Part shown: positions 58,392-64,000 of the stretch, piece by piece
How the letters are laid out: each line of letters opens with the position of its first letter
Position numbering within the stretch: position 1 is the first letter of the stretch
Source of the DNA: an uncultured archaeon
Lineage (GTDB): Archaea; Asgardarchaeota; Thorarchaeia; Thorarchaeales; Thorarchaeaceae
Assembly: GCA_964473825.1 (NCBI GenBank)
Contig: CAYYQL010000005.1
Location: 32,001-96,000, forward strand
Direction of reading: 5' to 3'
DNA: 64,000 bases
Notes under the pieces: model-generated
Databases searched by the model: none
Seen by the model: only the letters and a program-made list of their open reading frames with translations
Told to the model about the DNA's origin: nothing
Position numbers and translations under genes: made by a program

Positions 58392-59315
58392 GTGAGAAAG
58401 ATAATGACAACTGGAATGAAGGAAGTGCCCGAAGCAACAATAGTTGTGGGATGTCACCGGAGCGGTACAACAATCTTCTTCAGACTTCTCGGCTTTCATC
58501 CATCATTTGGATGGCCATCCCAGTATACGGACAAGCTTCCAAGCGTTCCCGCACTTGCCCTTTTGTCACGCATCTATGACTTGCCTTTCGTAGGACCTAT
58601 TCTCCGAAGAAGACAGGAATATTTCAGGTTTCTTCCGAAACCTGTTGAGCCAGGAAAGACTTGGTCTAATATCGACCCACAATTCCACATTCTTAGAGTC
58701 CAAGGCGGCGGAAGGACTGTCAAACCGTACCAACCCAAGGATGACGTAGTCTGCAAGTCCAAGGGCTATACAGCATCTCTAGCGAAGTGGCAAGGAAAAA
58801 GGAAAGTGGCTCTCAAGTTCACAACTCGACCAGATGTGGGCCATCTGAGATTGCTTTTCGAGGAACCTCAATTCATTCATGTTAGACGAAATCCTTTGGC
58901 CGTTGTCAATTCCTTGCTGAACAAAGTCAATTCTGGCGAATGGTTCGCAGAAGAAGCAAGACTAAGAATCATGAAATTGTTCCCAGAGGAGTACGTTAGT
59001 TATATAGAAACCTCGGAAGATTATATACTGGCATTCCTGTCTTGCTACTACTGCTATGTTGTCAACTCCCTTGAAGAGAAACTAGAACCACTTTACGGTA
59101 GTACATCCATGAAAGTGCTATATGAAGATTTCATAACAAAAACTGCAAGTGTGTTTCAGGAGGTCACGGAGTTTTTGCAAATCGAGTGGATGAAAGAATA
59201 TCGTCAGTTCCTGTCTTCTAGAATCCTAGAGAACCGCAACTACAAGTGCCACGACCTTGACCATGAAACGCGTAGGTTCATCGCCGATACAGTTGACCGG
59301 TTCCTAAGGTACTAG
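58392..59315 (+). CDS. PAPS-dependent sulfotransferase
   Basis: GCHRSGTT, RNPLAVVNS, YEDF. Confidence 0.88.
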   Translation: MRKIMTTGMKEVPEATIVVGCHRSGTTIFFRLLGFHPSFGWPSQYTDKLPSVPALALLSRIYDLPFVGPILRRRQEYFRFLPKPVEPGKTWSNIDPQFHILRVQGGGRTVKPYQPKDDVVCKSKGYTASLAKWQGKRKVALKFTTRPDVGHLRLLFEEPQFIHVRRNPLAVVNSLLNKVNSGEWFAEEARLRIMKLFPEEYVSYIETSEDYILAFLSCYYCYVVNSLEEKLEPLYGSTSMKVLYEDFITKTASVFQEVTEFLQIEWMKEYRQFLSSRILENRNYKCHDLDHETRRFIADTVDRFLRY

Positions 59316-59561
59316 AATTATCCTTGCAGGCGTCATGATATGGGAAAGAATGGGAACAAAGCGGCATTTCAACTGAGATTTTGCTGGAAGACACAGTTGA
59401 GTTTTCGACTGTAAGAAAGCTCAAGAATCCATCGTGAACAAGAGAGAGGATTATCCTAGACGCACAGTCCTACTCTAGAAAGGTCCTCTCAACAAACAGC
59501 CAGAAGGAGGAGATGGGACTCAGAGAGCAGTAATCTTCGGAGAGAGCCGGCTAACCCTTCA

Positions 59562-61496
59562 TCATGGAAGCCTGAAGAGACTCATCTGTTCACCCTCAAA
59601 GACCAACTCGCATGCTGCAGGAGCTGAATAGAGGATATTGGAAAACCAAGAGAGGTACTGGTTTCTGTAGTTGGGGTTGTATCCAATGGGTGTCTTCTCC
59701 ACAACGACATGGGTCAACCTTAAGGTTCTTGCCTCCTGAAGTTGGCTCAGGTTTTGAAGATCAAGGTCCGTCAGTTTGCGGAAGAGATCAATTTCAGGTG
59801 AAACACCCGAATAATCGAATGGTATGCCCTTGTATGGCACCCTTGAAAGGTTTATTGTGATTCGGCTCAGCATCGCTTCGGGGGAAGCCCAACCGAAATA
59901 GAAGATTGCATCTTCGTTATCTGATCGCAGTGCGGCATATCCAAATGCTTGAAGGCGTCTCCCGACGACCGGTGTGAACACAAATACAATATTCACATTC
60001 TCTTCTGAAAGATGGCTTGCGACAGCTTGTTCATCGCTTGTTAGGTATCCATAGTCCTTTTGCAGCATCAATCCATTATAAGAAACTAGGGAGAATGAAA
60101 CAATGACAAGAATAACACCCACAATTGCCTCCCTTCCAGCATTAACAGATGGTTTCTCTAGAGGAGTCGAAACAATTTTGTACACATGCTGAAGTACTAG
60201 GCCAATCAAAACTGCCATCGAGAAAATCACTGCCCAATCATAACCCTCTAGGATGACTGTAATGTAACTGACTGATAGAATGGAGGCAAAAATGCCCAAC
60301 ACCAGTCCAAGATAACACGAACTGATTCTACTCTCTAAATATGAGAAGCCTTCCACGGAATAATATGCCGTTACAGGTAGAAAGAGCACAGATGAATATA
60401 CGCTCACCGGCATAAAGAGAAAGACGGTTGGAATGAGTATGAGTTGAAGGGCTCGTCGTCTTGATGCTTGCTGCTTGACTCCAACAAGGATGCCAATTGG
60501 AAAGAAGATGCTGAAGATTCCCAATCTGAAACCGTAGTCAATAATCAGGTTGACTGTAGCCCCAAGAAACGTGTCATTCGTAAGGAAAAGCTCCGTAGTT
60601 CTGTATGGTGACACTGGAAGCAGTATTAGTCCAAGGAGGTATGCAGCGGCACAACTCCCGAGGAGCAAAAGTAGATATGCGCCTTGGAACGCAGATTCTT
60701 CGTCAAACTGAATTCTATGGAATGATGTAGAAGTACTGGTCCTAACTTGAGTTTGAAGGGCGTATTTCGAAGCAATACTATGCATGTAATTCAGAATCTT
60801 ATCAAGGACCCCATATTCCAACAGAAGAGCATAAGCAGTGTACACAAGAAAATAGATTAGGACGAAAAAGGCAAGCGTATGGAACAAGAGCATAAGAACG
60901 AACAAGAGGAATATTTTGAATAGGAGGCGCCTTTCTCTCTTTCTAGTGTACTCTATTGACGTTGATAGCAACCAAGGTAATAAAGCTAGTATTGGTGCTC
61001 TGGCGGAAACTGTGAATGTCGTTGTGAAAGTGAACATCCGACTGAAAACATAGACAGCAGTGAAGAGAACAGACTCTTCTTTTCTGGAGAAAAGAGAGGT
61101 GCCTAGATGATATGCCCCGACAATCCCAATACAGGTCCATGCAATTGAGATAAGAAGAGCAATCTGTGCGAATTCCAGGCCGATGCGTATCAGGAATCCC
61201 ATCAGTACCGCCGTTCCGAGCGGATATTTAGCAAACGGAAAGAATCCAAAGGGTGACAAAGGGGAAAGCAACCAGTTGATATAGTAACCCTCACTAGCTA
61301 TGTGGCCCATCCATAAAACGACAAACCCATCATTGCCTACAATCCCCGGAAAACGAGGAATCCTAAGAACCATAATGATGATGAAGACTAGAAGAAATAG
61401 TTTGTTCTCCATAATCCAAGATCCAAGACGATCTAGATAATCCACTGTTCTCGTTCTCCGTGTCGTCTGTGTTGATATGTGTTTCTCGGCAGTCAA
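59562..61496 (-). CDS. Polytopic membrane protein, probable GT-C-fold glycosyltransferase/polymerase
   Basis: About 13 TMs; GNDGF acidic loop after TM1; YPLG; soluble C-terminal domain ending in LVFE...SLFRL; lies in a glycan cluster. Confidence 0.55.
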   Translation of the reverse strand: MTAEKHISTQTTRRTRTVDYLDRLGSWIMENKLFLLVFIIIMVLRIPRFPGIVGNDGFVVLWMGHIASEGYYINWLLSPLSPFGFFPFAKYPLGTAVLMGFLIRIGLEFAQIALLISIAWTCIGIVGAYHLGTSLFSRKEESVLFTAVYVFSRMFTFTTTFTVSARAPILALLPWLLSTSIEYTRKRERRLLFKIFLLFVLMLLFHTLAFFVLIYFLVYTAYALLLEYGVLDKILNYMHSIASKYALQTQVRTSTSTSFHRIQFDEESAFQGAYLLLLLGSCAAAYLLGLILLPVSPYRTTELFLTNDTFLGATVNLIIDYGFRLGIFSIFFPIGILVGVKQQASRRRALQLILIPTVFLFMPVSVYSSVLFLPVTAYYSVEGFSYLESRISSCYLGLVLGIFASILSVSYITVILEGYDWAVIFSMAVLIGLVLQHVYKIVSTPLEKPSVNAGREAIVGVILVIVSFSLVSYNGLMLQKDYGYLTSDEQAVASHLSEENVNIVFVFTPVVGRRLQAFGYAALRSDNEDAIFYFGWASPEAMLSRITINLSRVPYKGIPFDYSGVSPEIDLFRKLTDLDLQNLSQLQEARTLRLTHVVVEKTPIGYNPNYRNQYLSWFSNILYSAPAACELVFEGEQMSLFRLP

Positions 61497-61519
61497 GTTA
61501 TAAGAATATTGAATCCAAG

Positions 61520-62500
61520 GGCTTTCTAGAAAAAGTCACTTCCTCCTACACTCCATATGGTCAGTTGTTCGATGTTGTGGGGAATCCGTTTATCAACAAT
61601 TCTTGTCGCTGGTGTCCATAACCTCTCGCACTCAACCTCTCCCCGAATCGCTGCTTCAGCACCCCAAAGACCGTTTCCGCAAGGCTCCTCGACCCATACT
61701 CATGAACATGCTTACATTCCTCAGCTTTGGTCTGATACTCCCCAATCAGCTCCTTGTAGCGGCGGTACCCTCATGACTGGGCTCTTAGTCGCGTCTTTGG
61801 TTCGATGGCTGGATATGCCCCCGGTCACGGGTGTATTGGATATTCTCTCGTGAGATGTAGGCCTTCTCGCCGTAGACCACATCAAGAGCTGTAGGTGTGA
61901 CTCTTCTCGCAAGAGCTCTCATGTGTTTTGCATCTCCTCCAAGTCGTGCAGTGTCCCTAGTGGCAAGGACCTCAAGGGTATCAGTGTCCACCGAGTTGTG
62001 AAGGGCATGGAAACGGCGTTTCCGCGTCGTTTTGCATCTGAAGCTGATCCACTGGATTACTGGAGTGAGAGAACCCTGAGGACTTCACTGCGATCTTGTT
62101 GGGAGGGGGACGTTTGCAGGCAAGAAGTTGGTACATCTGTTGGAACGAGTGTGTGTCCAGTCGTGTTACTGTCTCTTGGAGAAAAGAGAAGCGGCGGGCT
62201 CGCGAGAATTCCGGTTTCGCCAGGAGGGTGAGCTCGAACTCAAGATGAGCGATGAAGTCACGATACCCAAGACCCAGATCAACTTCGAGTCCTAGGAGGA
62301 CAAAGAGGAGGGGGAGGGAAAGCTCAACTGGGCGACCACGATGATGCCTGTGGTCTGGGGTCGTGTTGCAAAGTCTGATAAGCTCCTTGAGGAGAAAGTG
62401 ATAACGGCGAGTCTTGGCCGCATCATGTAATGCATAGTAGTTCATGACTCATGTGACACGGTCAATTCGCCTCTGAATTCTCGTGTTATTCCACATAGCC
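61520..62500 (-). mobile_element. Second, more decayed IS of the same IS5/IS903-like family (~981 bp)
   Basis: Ends GGCTTTCTAG / GGCTATGTGG; flanks GAATCCAAG / AGATTCAAG (degenerate TSD); transposase fragments 61981-62445 and 61785-61991 are homologous to 57335-58248. Confidence 0.82.
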
Positions 62501-62631
62501 AGATTCAAGCATGCTCCCTAGAAGAAACTAGCAGAAAGAATAATGATTGACATTCTCCATTGATGACTGATTCGTGTGATCTGTTGGATTCTCACAGACT
62601 CATCAGAAAGAGCATAGGCTATTATTAGTAC

Positions 62632-63999
62632 CTAGTTGCTCCTTTGGTTGCTTTTCTTCTCGCCTTGAACAATTCCAAGTCCCATTTTGATCAAGCGAAT
62701 AATTCGTTTCTGCGTCAGAATATCCATTTGATTCACAATGAATATGTATACGAACAAGGACAACACATGAGGTATCAAGGAAGGTAGACCAACGGTTATA
62801 AGAACCTGATAGAGAACGAGTCCCGCCATAAACGCCAGAATGGGAATCATGAAGGAACGGGTACGAACCGCTATTGGGTGAGCCCGGTTCCCATAGGAAT
62901 AATTTGAAGCCATTACCACTAGAGAATGAACAACCATTGCGACACCCGCGCCTATTATTCCGATTAGTGGAATTGCGAAATAGCAGATGGTCATAAGTGG
63001 CAGAAGAGAGAACACATAGATGAACGCGATGGTTTTCGTTCGCTTTGCCAGATTGAGCTGAAGCTTCCAAAACTGTGAGAACTCTGAAATCAAAGCGGCA
63101 ACAACTGTCAAGGGTAGGACTAGAGCTGCAGCAATGTAGTCCGAAGTGGATATCACTAGCACTAGCTCACGAGAGAAAGCAATTGCAGTCAAAGCCCCCA
63201 ACATCGAGATGGAAAGGAAGAGTGGTACAAGTTTCGTTGTTAGATCCCGTCCTTTGTCGAAGTCGCCTAATTCGAAATTCTTAACCTGATAAGCTTGGTA
63301 TGCAGTGAAAAATGGATTCAAAACTGATGAAAAGAGACTCGCTACCGAAATAGCTACTGCCCAAGTGGCGGCATAATCGAGTCCATTCCAGAGGGATACG
63401 CTGAAAGTTGTGAGAAATGGAACTGCTAAACGAGCTGAATCGCCGACTGTTTCTGGGATCCCATAGGAGGCGACTTTCTTGAAACAACCACTACTTGGGC
63501 TAGTCAAGCCATACTGACGAACCTTGATGAGCAGAGTAAGAATCACAGGAAAGCCATAACCCAATACTACTCCAAGTAAAACTGCAAGAAGGGACTGATA
63601 GAAGTACGCAAATGCTATTGTAGTCAGAACTGAGGATAGGCCATAAGCAACATTGAATGTCAGAATCTCCTTTGAATTCTGTTCGGAACCAGATGTTGCC
63701 AAGACAATTCGCATCAAAGCGAAACTACCTGCTATCAGCAGAGATATAGATGCAGCAGGAAGATAGAGATTGCTGTCCAAAAACCCAACGCTTCCAATCA
63801 AGTGGAGCGCCAGGACTGGTAGCCCAATCAAACAGAGCACAAGGCAACTACCAATGATTGCCGTCGACAGGAGTGTTGGACTCTCCCTTGAATCAGAATA
63901 ACGTAGCTTCTGCAGAAATCTCCAAATTGAAGCAACAAACGTGCCATAAGAGAGAGCGGCCAGTAGAGTGGCCAGTGAAATCCATAGAGAGAACTCACC
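62632..63999 (-). CDS. Wzx/MOP-family oligosaccharide flippase; 5' end lies outside the window
   Basis: Frame is open to the window end (GEFSLWISLA...); more than 11 TMs; KVASYGIP, WAVA, KRTK, LIGIIGAGVA. Confidence 0.85.
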   Translation of the reverse strand, partial: GEFSLWISLATLLAALSYGTFVASIWRFLQKLRYSDSRESPTLLSTAIIGSCLVLCLIGLPVLALHLIGSVGFLDSNLYLPAASISLLIAGSFALMRIVLATSGSEQNSKEILTFNVAYGLSSVLTTIAFAYFYQSLLAVLLGVVLGYGFPVILTLLIKVRQYGLTSPSSGCFKKVASYGIPETVGDSARLAVPFLTTFSVSLWNGLDYAATWAVAISVASLFSSVLNPFFTAYQAYQVKNFELGDFDKGRDLTTKLVPLFLSISMLGALTAIAFSRELVLVISTSDYIAAALVLPLTVVAALISEFSQFWKLQLNLAKRTKTIAFIYVFSLLPLMTICYFAIPLIGIIGAGVAMVVHSLVVMASNYSYGNRAHPIAVRTRSFMIPILAFMAGLVLYQVLITVGLPSLIPHVLSLFVYIFIVNQMDILTQKRIIRLIKMGLGIVQGEKKSNQRSN

Positions 64000-64000
64000 A

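Noticed and set aside
57319-62500. Composite transposon carrying the sulfotransferase and membrane protein
   Set aside because: Each IS has its own flanking duplication, the outer flanks do not match each other, and the two copies are strongly diverged.
1-64000. CRISPR array, rRNA, integrase or viral structural genes
   Set aside because: No regularly spaced short repeats or recognisable motifs for these were seen by eye.

Overview
Archaeal cell-surface island, most likely from an Asgard archaeon (Thorarchaeia-like). That assignment is an inference from GGTGA ribosome-binding sites, NosD/beta-helix plus ~90-aa Ig-like repeat surface proteins, and the type of C-terminal Zn ribbons. Contents: (i) glycosylation genes: a NeuA-HAD fusion, a GT2/GtrA-methyltransferase/YkoS-like GT-C set, a Wbp-like diacetamido-uronic acid pathway, a decaying legionaminic/neuraminic acid operon, a GT4, a deacetylase and a flippase; (ii) a PAPS/sulfation locus (sat, cysC, RHH regulator, TauE, AlkP-family hydrolase, sulfotransferases, three broken cysQ-like copies); (iii) a 2194-aa adhesin-like protein with 12 Ig-like repeats; (iv) TA/defence-like modules (MazF with an unusually large partner, HD dNTPase plus YwgA-like protein, HepT remnant); (v) two decayed IS5/IS903-group elements. 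The strongest candidate for an undescribed system is a tightly coupled four-gene operon at 19.3-24.3 kb: a membrane-anchored Zn/coiled-coil protein, a coiled-coil protein, a bactofilin-like beta-helix protein with a Cys cluster, and a WD40-Zn-ribbon protein. The window also shows a repeated layout of collapsed copy of a locus, then inserted module, then intact copy of the locus, with 220-330-nt perfectly identical cores. All calls were made by eye from motifs; no searches were run.
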